From an uncultured Chloroflexia bacterium (GTDB lineage Bacteria; Chloroflexota; Chloroflexia; QHBQ01; JADMIH01): 64,000 bases of DNA. The notes below the pieces were generated by a model, which was given only the letters and a program-made list of their open reading frames with translations, was not told the DNA's origin and made no database searches. Positions 47,271-56,072 of this stretch are shown here, in pieces. Numbering within the stretch: position 1 is the first letter of the stretch; each line of letters begins with the position of its first letter. Made by a program: the position numbers and the translations under genes. The stretch is taken from assembly GCA_963797095.1 (NCBI GenBank), contig CAWCNY010000004.1, positions 576,001 through 640,000 of the forward strand, written 5' to 3'.

Positions 47271-48641
47271 CTATTTCCTCACCATTTGAGCAGCCTCCTG
47301 CGCGTGCAGGATACTGAAATGCGGATTAATCGCCAGCGCCTTCTCGATGCTTGCCTGGCCTTCGGCCTGGTTTCCGAGTGCTACCTGGATCATGCCCTGG
47401 TGGTAAAAGAAGAGCGCGTTCTGCGTGCCCAGGCGCATGGCTCTCTGCATAGCTCCCTCCGCATCATTATAGCGCCCTCCCTTGTAGTAGGTCCAGGCAA
47501 CCGCATCGAGGGTATTCACATCCTGTCGCGTAGTGGAGGCGTGCTCGGCCATTGTCATTGCCGAGTCGATATCTATATCGTGGTCGGCAAGGAAGGCCGC
47601 CTTCTCAATTTCAACGTTCACCCCACCCGCTTCAAACACCTTGAAAATATAGAGCACAGTGTCATACTGTTCCTGAGCATCTTTGGTGTCGCCTGAGACC
47701 GCGTATAGGTCTCCGAGCGCCGTGAGATACTGGGGTAGAGGCACAGTGGCAACTGCCTTCTTGTAATAGTCTATGGCCTCCTCTATGTTGCCCTGCGCCC
47801 AACTCACCTGCGCCAGCCCGGCGTAGGCATGAATATATCCGGGATAGCTCACCAAAGCATCGTTGTATGCTTGCTTGGCCTTGTCTACCTGCCCGGAGTT
47901 GAAGTAGAGAGTTCCCAACTGGAAGCGGCACCACGCGGTATTTTCGGCTGCCGGGCTACCGGCATTTATCGCGCTCTGCATAGCTTCGATTGCACCGTCC
48001 GTGTCCCCGTACAGCTCACGTGCGTAAGACACACGCGAATAAGAGCCAAGGTCTGGCCGGAGATCGACCATGCGCTGGAACAACTCGACTGCCGCGTCAT
48101 ACTGTCCAAGCTCGATATGGGCATCGCCCGCGACGCCGTATGCGTAGGCATTTGATGGAGATATCGCCTCGGCCTTGAGACCCCAGTCCAGCGCTGTTTG
48201 AAACTGGTGCAGAGAGAGATTTAGAGTGCCCATGCCTGCCGCCGCATCGTAATAGTCAGGTTGAATGGCTAAGGCTTTGTTGAGCGCGTCCTGGGCCTGG
48301 GTGTAGTACGATGGGTCGTTGGTTTCGCGAGCCTTCTGTTGGAAGGCCAGGCCAAGCTCGGCGTATGCCTTGTAATCATCTAAAGTGGCCTGAATGCGTG
48401 CCTGGTCGGAGGCTATGATACGGTCCGCGTAGCCCGTCTGTGTGCCCGTTCCCGATGCAAGAATATCGGAGGGGTTCTGCACAACCGGAGGAGGAGAGGT
48501 TTGAGGCTGTAGTGCGAATAAGGAAGTTAGGGCGATACTCAGGCCACCTATGATCAAGGCCACCGCCAGCAGCAAAGTGATATTGAAGCCCGGCTCACCG
48601 GCCTCTTTCGGTTTCATTGTGGTGCTGTATGTCGCTTTCAT
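47271..48641 (-). CDS. Membrane-anchored tetratricopeptide repeat protein
   Basis: N-terminal TM; repeated TPR motifs; 'RPDLGSYSRVSYARELYGD'. Confidence 0.85.
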   Translation of the reverse strand: MKATYSTTMKPKEAGEPGFNITLLLAVALIIGGLSIALTSLFALQPQTSPPPVVQNPSDILASGTGTQTGYADRIIASDQARIQATLDDYKAYAELGLAFQQKARETNDPSYYTQAQDALNKALAIQPDYYDAAAGMGTLNLSLHQFQTALDWGLKAEAISPSNAYAYGVAGDAHIELGQYDAAVELFQRMVDLRPDLGSYSRVSYARELYGDTDGAIEAMQSAINAGSPAAENTAWCRFQLGTLYFNSGQVDKAKQAYNDALVSYPGYIHAYAGLAQVSWAQGNIEEAIDYYKKAVATVPLPQYLTALGDLYAVSGDTKDAQEQYDTVLYIFKVFEAGGVNVEIEKAAFLADHDIDIDSAMTMAEHASTTRQDVNTLDAVAWTYYKGGRYNDAEGAMQRAMRLGTQNALFFYHQGMIQVALGNQAEGQASIEKALAINPHFSILHAQEAAQMVRK

Positions 48642-48661
48642 AGCTCTCCAGGAGTGAGGGT

Positions 48662-48691
48662 GTGGAGGCGGGCGAGTAAACCCGCCCCCAC
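48662..48691 (-). other. Intercistronic stem-loop after the DUF4331 gene
   Basis: Minus-strand RNA GUGGGGGCGGG/CCCGCCUCCAC forms an 11-bp stem with one G-U; no U-tract. Confidence 0.6.
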
Positions 48692-48710
48692 GATATTGCA
48701 GTGCTTGATA

Positions 48711-50333
48711 CTACTTGTTCCGGATGGCCTTGCGGCGCATCGTGTAGCCTGTCAACAGGGTGAGACCACCCAGTATGGCAAAGCCACCTATCACGAAGCC
48801 GTAGATGTCACCCAGGTGATTGATGCCGTTACCTGTCACGGGCATACCCGGAGTGGCGCCACCTGCCGGTGGGTTGGTGCCGCCCGAAGGCGGGCAAGCG
48901 GTCACGGGCGGGCAGGTAGGAGCATCCATGCCATGTGGTACCGAGCTTGTGCCGTCGTGCGCCACCGCCAGGTATGGGAAGGCATTGCGGAACGGCACAT
49001 CATTGGCATCTACGCCATCGCCGAGTTGTGCGGCGAGCAAATCAGCCTTGAAGTCGGGGTGGAACAGCGGGTACGCCGCGCCTGCAACTGCCTTGAGCGA
49101 GATGTCGGTCACGTCGTCTGCAAGGCGTCTCCCATCTGGATACCCGGCCAGGTCGCCACCCACCACACCGAGCGCGTTGGGGCTGTCCGAAGGCGGCACG
49201 CCCATGTTCAGGCGCAATTCCTCGGACGGCTTGAGTGTGTCGGTTGCGGGTTGAGTAGCACCTGGGATACCGGTCAGGAAGATCGCGACCAGGTCATCGC
49301 GAGGCGCGGGAGGCACCTGGATGTTGTAGAGCGCGTTAAAGAGCTTTCCAAGCTCAGGGTCGGTCACGCCCCCCAGGAACTGGGCATCGTCGGCGGGCTT
49401 GGAGTTATTCCACAGGTCCTTGGCGGCCAATGGCACAACCACTTCGTTGACCAAAGGAGCGCCAAGGCGGCTAACCTGCACCCAATCGCCACTACCCTCG
49501 ATTGTTGAGCCGTTGATGACGCGAGTCTGCTGGCGATAGGAGGTCGTCCAAACACCAATCACGGCATTGCCATCGGTCGGAGCGGTCACGGCACTGCCGT
49601 CCTTGGTGAGCAGACTCTTGGGGATCTGGAGTGCGATTGCCTGCACATTGTATCCCTTCAGGCCATCCACGCCGCCGCCCATGTTGCCGGGGAGTTTGCG
49701 GATGCTGAGCAGGTCAAACACGTTCAGGTCAACGAAGAAGGGATCGTCGGTCTGGCCCGCGAAGACTGTGCTGCCGTCGCTGAGGGACTGAATACCCTGG
49801 TTGCTGAGCAATTCGTAGTTGGGAGTGGACTTCGCGCCGATATTAACGGGCGGAACCTTCAGGCCGATGCCAACTTCGGTGGAGTTTCCGTCCACGATCT
49901 TCTTGACGCTGTAGGTCTGCTTGACGTTCAGGTTGGGCGAATCGATGCTGTCGATTGGGCCTGTGTTGTAGAGGAAAGTATTGCCGTTCCCTACAGTAGT
50001 GTCGAAGTCAAACTGGTAGGTGATGTGGGACTGTGCATCGCCCACGTTGTCGATGTTGATCTCATAGAGCACATCGTCACCGAATTTGAAGTAGTTGGGG
50101 CCTCCCACCGGCTCCTCGAGGGGCCAGTAGCAAGCGATGATTGTGACCGTATCCGGCTTGTCCGGACTGGTGAAGGCGTACAGGTCGGTGCCATCGGCCT
50201 GGGGGTCGTTGGCGATAAGGGGAGCTTCGCGGTGGCTGGAAGCGCTGACCTTGCCTGTGCCAGACCCGAAAACTGCCAGGCCAAGCACCAGAAGTAGCGC
50301 CACAGCCACATTGAATATCCGTGTAGCTTTCAT
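48711..50333 (-). CDS. DUF4331 family secreted protein with C-terminal sortase-like signal
   Basis: 'ASSHREAP', 'DDPFFVDL', 'QVSRLGAPLVNEV', 'GYPDGRRLADDV'; MPVTG, TM and RRK tail; ATG 50333 after GAGGAG. Confidence 0.9.
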   Translation of the reverse strand: MKATRIFNVAVALLLVLGLAVFGSGTGKVSASSHREAPLIANDPQADGTDLYAFTSPDKPDTVTIIACYWPLEEPVGGPNYFKFGDDVLYEINIDNVGDAQSHITYQFDFDTTVGNGNTFLYNTGPIDSIDSPNLNVKQTYSVKKIVDGNSTEVGIGLKVPPVNIGAKSTPNYELLSNQGIQSLSDGSTVFAGQTDDPFFVDLNVFDLLSIRKLPGNMGGGVDGLKGYNVQAIALQIPKSLLTKDGSAVTAPTDGNAVIGVWTTSYRQQTRVINGSTIEGSGDWVQVSRLGAPLVNEVVVPLAAKDLWNNSKPADDAQFLGGVTDPELGKLFNALYNIQVPPAPRDDLVAIFLTGIPGATQPATDTLKPSEELRLNMGVPPSDSPNALGVVGGDLAGYPDGRRLADDVTDISLKAVAGAAYPLFHPDFKADLLAAQLGDGVDANDVPFRNAFPYLAVAHDGTSSVPHGMDAPTCPPVTACPPSGGTNPPAGGATPGMPVTGNGINHLGDIYGFVIGGFAILGGLTLLTGYTMRRKAIRNK

Positions 50334-50794
50334 GCGAGTAGTCTCCTCATGCCCCTCGTTGTGAATTAGAGGGGACAAATCGTTAGTTATGATTGTGAAC
50401 TGATCGTCACGGCGATGCGACTTCTTAACTCATAATTGCGAGCAGGTCATGCTGTCGTGCGCCGTAGAATTTCTGGGTTTCCCTCTCTCAAATGTTCAAC
50501 CCATGTGGACTGGGGTCATCCCTGTCGGGCCAGGGCCTCTCATGCTCGCCCACATCACCTCCTTCCATATTGCGTCTCGAAATCTACCCTTTGAGTTCGC
50601 AATCGTGCAGCCCGTATGCGGCGCTTTCTATGACCAGCCTGCTTGCGAGCATGGCAAACAAGCCTGCTGCCATACGCCAGCGACTAAAGTATTCGGCAGA
50701 GGGTGCCAATCAATCCTGCTCGTTGTCCCTGCGCCGGGCGCTGGCTCAGGGACAACGGCTGATATATACACTACGAGCAATCGTACAAATCGGA

Positions 50795-51433
50795 TTAATG
50801 GGGCTTCTCTTGCCTTATCAAATTCACCCCGACCAGAATATTCCAGGCGGGGCTGATTATGAAGCCGGTTATCCCTGCCGGGATCAAGAGGGCAAGGTTG
50901 GAAGGGTCAAGGATGATCAAACGACCAAGATATATGACAACCAGCAGTGCCGCCAGCACATATGCGAGATAGGAGAGGTTTCTGGGAAAGCCACCTCCCT
51001 TGCTCATGAGCCATGCGATCCCAAACAGCGAGAGGCCCGCCACTCCGAAGGTCAACAGGCCACGCGGGTCGATCTGGCTTGGAAGATCGGAGTTGATGGC
51101 GGCGGGTGGGTTGATGCTGTTGCTGAGGTCATAGCCCCCATGCATTACAGAGCCTATCGCCGCCACTATACCCACGATTGCTGCCCACTGAGCGCTCCCC
51201 GCATCCACAGACTTGAGGCGTCTATATAAGCCCACCATAACGAGGGTGGAGGCAATTCCGCCAATCATGAGAAAGATCGAGTAAAGGAGCGGCTCTTTGA
51301 GCAAAACGAACGAAATGGAATAAAGAAGGCCGGCAGTCCCTGCCGTAAATGCCGCGTAACCCGCGATCCTCTCAAAAGTGGCGGCGTCTTCCTGGCCTAC
51401 GGCTGCGCTTTGTACCATCGTGTGTGTTGCCAT
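50795..51433 (-). CDS. DUF4386-like membrane protein
   Basis: About 6 TMs, 'DPRGLLTFG'; SD AAGGAG. Confidence 0.7.
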   Translation of the reverse strand: MATHTMVQSAAVGQEDAATFERIAGYAAFTAGTAGLLYSISFVLLKEPLLYSIFLMIGGIASTLVMVGLYRRLKSVDAGSAQWAAIVGIVAAIGSVMHGGYDLSNSINPPAAINSDLPSQIDPRGLLTFGVAGLSLFGIAWLMSKGGGFPRNLSYLAYVLAALLVVIYLGRLIILDPSNLALLIPAGITGFIISPAWNILVGVNLIRQEKPH

Positions 51434-51451
51434 TGTGGTTTCTCCTTTTCC

Positions 51452-51517
51452 GGTACCCGGTACCCAGAACTTGGAACTTGGAACTTGGAACTACAATCGT
51501 GCTCCGACTACCAACTA
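51452..51517. repeat. Heptamer tandem array (GGTACCC x2, GGAACTT-like x4, CCGACTA/CCAACTA)
   Basis: Read directly; intergenic. Confidence 0.85.
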
Positions 51518-51521
51518 CTGA

Positions 51522-51953
51522 TCACAGCTCCGGCAGCAGCCCGATCTCGCGTAGCATCGCTGCCACATCCCATACATGGATCGCTTTCTTGATCTTGCCG
51601 CCCTCGATGTACAGAGTGCTACACCCGCGTACCGTTACGGCCTTGCCGGTGGCTGGGATATGCATGATCATGCCGAGGTGAGTGCCCCTGGCAATCCACG
51701 TTAGAACCGCCCGATTCTCCTCAATGACCGCCTCATGCTCCAGAAGGTACATATCGGGAAACGCAGCCAGGTATTGCTCGAAAGCCATACGGGCCTCTCC
51801 CTGACCGTGCTGTGGCAGGTTCCGGTTCACGTCAACCCCTTCGTAGTCATGAGAGGTGAGCGACAACATACGTTCTATGTCGTGGCTATTGAGGGCATCA
51901 ACCATAGCCTGAACCAACTCGGCAGTTTCTTCTTTATTGGAAGTTGATATCAT
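51522..51953 (-). CDS. SnoaL-like ester cyclase family protein
   Basis: 'AFPD', 'GTHLG...IPATGKAV', 'WDVAAMLREIG'; ATG 51953 after AGGAG. Confidence 0.88.
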   Translation of the reverse strand: MISTSNKEETAELVQAMVDALNSHDIERMLSLTSHDYEGVDVNRNLPQHGQGEARMAFEQYLAAFPDMYLLEHEAVIEENRAVLTWIARGTHLGMIMHIPATGKAVTVRGCSTLYIEGGKIKKAIHVWDVAAMLREIGLLPEL

Positions 51954-52182
51954 TGCCTGCTCCTGCGAGTTATTGAGCGTTACCCAGACCTGCATCGCTA
52001 TTAATGTTGGGTGCGGTCGCAGATCTCCGCCCGTTGCTCTATCATGATTATGCACGCCCGCGCTGCTCACTTTACAGACCGAAAAGTGTCCAGAAAATGC
52101 TCAATACCGGAGGCAGACTAGAAACAACTCCGCAGTACGTGCGGAGTCGATTATGAAGGGGATTAGCCGCGCCCGGTAATGT

Positions 52183-54267
52183 TCAGGCCCGCACCTCGCC
52201 TTCCCACAGCAACTCAGATAAGCGCGCCACGCCCTCTTTGAGGTGGCGTCGAAAAGTGCTGAACGGAAGATCCAGCAATTCAGCGGCCTGCTCCTGGGTA
52301 GCGGCGGGGCTAATGTAGGTGTGGTAGAGGGCGCGGTAGAACTTCAGGTCCCTCGGTGAGCGTTGAAGAGTGTCGCAAGCCTCTCGGATTATCTCCTGTA
52401 ACGCGGCGGCGCGCTCGTTTGGCCCGGCACCCGAACCCGCGCGGTCCTCTACCAGTCGAGATTGGAGAAGCGGGTTCTTGCGCAACTGGTCTGGGCGGAG
52501 GAAGTTCTTTAGCGCATCGCTGATAGCAGCGGTGAAATCGACATCGCTCAAAACTACGATGGGTGCTGGCAAAGTGGGCGGGGTACTGGTCTGAGGTGAA
52601 GCCGCTATCTCGCGATCTGCGAGAAGGTTCAGCCATGCAAGAGGAGGTACAGCCCTCCAGTTGTGCCCGTAGACACCGTACTTATGGCCTCCAACCTCGA
52701 AGTCAGCTTCGGCCAGGCGATGGATATCTGCGTAGGCAAAGAGGGGTGCCCAGAACTCAGGATCGGCACACGGCACGAGCGAGAAAGTGAGGCTGGGGGT
52801 GAAATACTGTCGAACTATATTGACGAAGATCAGACTCTGCATAGGCGATACGGCCTGGTAGCTATCGCGCCCGATCCAGAAGCGGAAGAGTAGGGCGCGG
52901 TCGTTGGGTCTGAGCGGGGCATTTGTCGCGACAAAATTCCTAGCTGCTCTGAAGCCGGGGTCGCGCTCGGCATCCTCCGGAGTAGCCTTTTCAAGCGCGA
53001 TCATGTGAAGGTAACCCGCCGGTTGGCCCGCGGAGTCACGGAAAATGAGCACACCCTCCGGCTGGCGATCGAGCCAGTAATGAGCAATCTCGGCGGATTC
53101 ATCGCCTTCATACTGCCGTACCATGGACAGCACCGCATCAATATCGCTGTCGCGGAGACCATCCGGGGCCTGCGTGCCACTCTCCTGCCATTCCAGGAAC
53201 GGCTTGACCAGCGGGTTATCACGGTGCAGGAAAATATAGTCAAACAACACGCGTTGCTGGTCCAGCCCGGCGGTCTTTTCCAGAGCCGCTCCGTAGTAGG
53301 CGCGAAGCCGGTTGTGAAGCTCGACATACCAGTCGCGGTTCCTCCACCTTAGATCGGCCACTAATGCCTCGCGGGCGAGATCGTGTGGGAATAGACCTAG
53401 CGGTGTCGACTCGATGAACGAGAGGTTGCGAAGCCAGTCGAACAGGTCGTGGGCATCGGGCATTTTGAGCGCGCTTGCTAGAAGTGACTCAGTAGTAACA
53501 CGCACTAGGGCGCACACCTCAAGGGCTGCGCGATGGGCCGGTCCGGGTACCTTCTGTACCAGCTGCTCAAGCAGAGTTTTGACAACATCTGGGGTGGACT
53601 CGGGTTGGAAGTGCACATCCCCGCGCTGAGCGAACAGGTCGGCCACCAGGGATAGGGCCAGAGGATGGCCGTGAGTGAAGCCCAACACTTCATCATACTC
53701 CTCGGCAGGTATGTGGCGTCTTTCGAGGTAAGCGCGGCTTTCTTTGGGGCTCAAATTACGAAGTGGGATAACTCGTACGATGTCCTGCCAACCTGGATCA
53801 GTGTACCAGGGAGGTTGAGGCGGCCGGCGGTCGGCCCTAACTATCAGTGTGTCGGCCGGGAGTTGCGGCAAGAATAGCTCGCGCAGCCAGGTATCGAGCG
53901 GGGCCAGCAATTCGTAGGTGTCGATAATGATGATATGCCTGCGCTCGTCAGCTTCCAATGCCTCAAGGGGTCTGGCAGAGGGCGCGATGTTGAGGGCCAT
54001 CTGTAGGGAGGCCACAAAAGCTTCGGGCGATGCCTCAATGTTGCGCGCGTCCATGTAGGTACAATGAACTCCGAGTTCATCACACATACCGGCGAATTCT
54101 TTGACAAGGGTGGATTTACCTACACCGCCAGGGCCGTAAATATGGAGTAGAAAGAATGGGAGTTCTTCAGAGGTGAGCGCGTTTCGGAATAGTTCTCGCT
54201 CGTTCTCTCTCCCGACAAAGCGCTTCCGACGCGCAGCAAGTAGGCGATCGGCAAGTCGTTGCGCCAT
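52183..54267 (-). CDS. AAA/STAND-like ATPase regulator with C-terminal HTH
   Basis: 'FVGRENE', Walker A GPGGVGKS, Walker B 'IIIDTYE', 'GHPLAL', HTH 'TQEQAAELLDLPFSTFRRHL'. Confidence 0.88.
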   Translation of the reverse strand: MAQRLADRLLAARRKRFVGRENERELFRNALTSEELPFFLLHIYGPGGVGKSTLVKEFAGMCDELGVHCTYMDARNIEASPEAFVASLQMALNIAPSARPLEALEADERRHIIIIDTYELLAPLDTWLRELFLPQLPADTLIVRADRRPPQPPWYTDPGWQDIVRVIPLRNLSPKESRAYLERRHIPAEEYDEVLGFTHGHPLALSLVADLFAQRGDVHFQPESTPDVVKTLLEQLVQKVPGPAHRAALEVCALVRVTTESLLASALKMPDAHDLFDWLRNLSFIESTPLGLFPHDLAREALVADLRWRNRDWYVELHNRLRAYYGAALEKTAGLDQQRVLFDYIFLHRDNPLVKPFLEWQESGTQAPDGLRDSDIDAVLSMVRQYEGDESAEIAHYWLDRQPEGVLIFRDSAGQPAGYLHMIALEKATPEDAERDPGFRAARNFVATNAPLRPNDRALLFRFWIGRDSYQAVSPMQSLIFVNIVRQYFTPSLTFSLVPCADPEFWAPLFAYADIHRLAEADFEVGGHKYGVYGHNWRAVPPLAWLNLLADREIAASPQTSTPPTLPAPIVVLSDVDFTAAISDALKNFLRPDQLRKNPLLQSRLVEDRAGSGAGPNERAAALQEIIREACDTLQRSPRDLKFYRALYHTYISPAATQEQAAELLDLPFSTFRRHLKEGVARLSELLWEGEVRA

Positions 54268-54493
54268 GGTCTTTACCTTTCCAGCACATTCGGCGGGCTA
54301 CCGATGCACTACGTCCTGGGCACAGGACAACACGATTTGGGATAAGGCTTCTGCCTCCAACCCAGGTATTAGTACCGTCACTTATGCCCAGATTATAAGG
54401 TGACTCAGGACGATCCACAATACCAAGAATTAGGTATTTGGGTTAGGTATAAGCAGGGGACGATGAACGACAGACTATGAACCAAAGATCGTA

Positions 54494-54570
54494 GGAACCA
54501 GGAACCAGGAACTTGGAACCAGGAACCAGGAACTTGGAACCAGGAACTTGGAACTTCCGACTACCGACTA
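54494..54570. repeat. Heptamer tandem array, nine GGAAC(CA/TT) units then CCGACTA x2
   Basis: Read directly; abuts the tldD stop codon. Confidence 0.92.
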
Positions 54571-56000
54571 CCACTCATGCGAAGCCCATTAACCAGAATT
54601 GGAGAAGCGCCATGCGAGACCGGGCAAAGCTGGAGCGGCTCACCTTTGGCGCAATGGGGGAAGCCTCGCAGCCGCCACTCTTCGGGGCCTGCGATGCCTA
54701 TCACCGAGCCCCAGAACTGAGGTGTGCGGCCCTGGAAAGACGCGCCCTTTCGCAACTCACCCAGCTTGCCGCCCTTGATCTCGCGGCAAAGTTGTGCGGA
54801 GAAGTGGAAGTTCATACGCTTGTCGTCCAGGCTCCAGGAGGATGGCGTCTCAACATATAGGCCGTGATCCACACCCGCTATCAGGTCGGTCAATGATCCT
54901 GTGCCCGGCTCCAACGAGACGTTGACCATACGAACGATGGGGATGCGCCCCCATGACGTGGCCCGCCCGCAGCCATTCGAACGCTCGCCAAGGGCACGGG
55001 CGCTCTCACGCGATGATAGATAGCCCGTGAAAATACCATCGCGCACAATGGGAGAGCGTTGAGCCGGGGTGCCCTCATCGTCCCAGCCGAATGTGCCGCA
55101 GCCACCCGGAAGGAGCGAGTCGGCAGTCATATTGACGAGTGGCGAGCCATAGCGAAACGTGCCGCGCATCTCTGGAAGCAAGAAGGAGTTGCCGGCGAAA
55201 GCCGCTTCCCACCCCAGCACACGATCAAGCTCGGTCGGGTGGCCGCACAACTCGTGAACAAGCAGCGACACAAAATCCGAGCCTATTACCACCTGCTGTG
55301 GACCGGAAGGTGCCCAGGGTGCAACCACCAGTTCGTGTGCCTCACGACCTACGCGTTCGCCTTCGTCCGGTAGATGTTGCGCTTCAATGAACTCCCAACC
55401 TGCCTGGCTCATATCATCGAGCGACCGCCTGTAGGAATAGCCTGAGTCGTCCGCTGCGATAGCGGCAATATCGAAAAAGACATAGGTAATCAGTTGTTTG
55501 AGATGCGCACCCAGGCTGTTCATATACAGCTTGTCGTGGCGCTCCGCATAGACAAAGTAGGTGGCGACCTTTACCCGGCTCCCTCCTTTGAGTATGCGGT
55601 TCGTGGTCTCTACTGCCAGATCGAGACGGGTCTGTAAGGGCACCACGAATGGATCGGTCGCGAAAGAGGTGAAATATGTGCCCTGCCCGGTTGGCATCAA
55701 GCTGAGGTCAGATCGAGACCTGCTCAGGCTGCCGCTCGCACGCGCGATCTCAACAGCCCGCCGTGCGGTCTCCTGGACCGCATCAATTGTTAGCAGTGAC
55801 GTAGAAGCGAAGCCCCAACCCCCACCGGCATAGGCGTGTATGCCCCACCCCGCATCACGGTCCGTCGAAAGTAGCTCAACCGCACCGTTCCGGGCGCGTG
55901 TTGTGTCCATCAGAGTCTCTTCGGCGCGAGCCTCGGCATAGTCGGCCCCCGCTTGCTTCGCCGTGTCCAGGGCAGTCTGAAGAATATCGTCGAAAGGCAT
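54561..56000 (-). CDS. tldD: TldD/PmbA family metalloprotease (TldD-type)
   Basis: 'HELCGHPTELDR' HExxxH, 'DDEGTP', 'RMVN', 'CAKGEP'. Confidence 0.88.
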   Translation of the reverse strand: MPFDDILQTALDTAKQAGADYAEARAEETLMDTTRARNGAVELLSTDRDAGWGIHAYAGGGWGFASTSLLTIDAVQETARRAVEIARASGSLSRSRSDLSLMPTGQGTYFTSFATDPFVVPLQTRLDLAVETTNRILKGGSRVKVATYFVYAERHDKLYMNSLGAHLKQLITYVFFDIAAIAADDSGYSYRRSLDDMSQAGWEFIEAQHLPDEGERVGREAHELVVAPWAPSGPQQVVIGSDFVSLLVHELCGHPTELDRVLGWEAAFAGNSFLLPEMRGTFRYGSPLVNMTADSLLPGGCGTFGWDDEGTPAQRSPIVRDGIFTGYLSSRESARALGERSNGCGRATSWGRIPIVRMVNVSLEPGTGSLTDLIAGVDHGLYVETPSSWSLDDKRMNFHFSAQLCREIKGGKLGELRKGASFQGRTPQFWGSVIGIAGPEEWRLRGFPHCAKGEPLQLCPVSHGASPILVNGLRMSGSR

Positions 56001-56026
56001 ACCATGTTATACCGCATCCATGCAAC

Positions 56027-56051
56027 AAGGGCGAGCCAAACGCCCGCCCCT
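56027..56051 (-). terminator. Probable terminator after the surface-protein gene
   Basis: Minus-strand GGGGCGGGC-GUUUG-GCUCGCCCU followed by UGUU. Confidence 0.5.
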
Positions 56052-56072
56052 GTACAGCCATAGATCTGCGGT

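Noticed and set aside
50640-50720. GGCAAAC-containing hairpin as a c-di-GMP-I riboswitch
   Set aside because: Lacks the GNRA-capped P2 stem and the following GACGCAAAG motif
54513-54860. ORF beginning MEPGTRNLEPGTWN
   Set aside because: Product of the heptamer array and antisense to tldD
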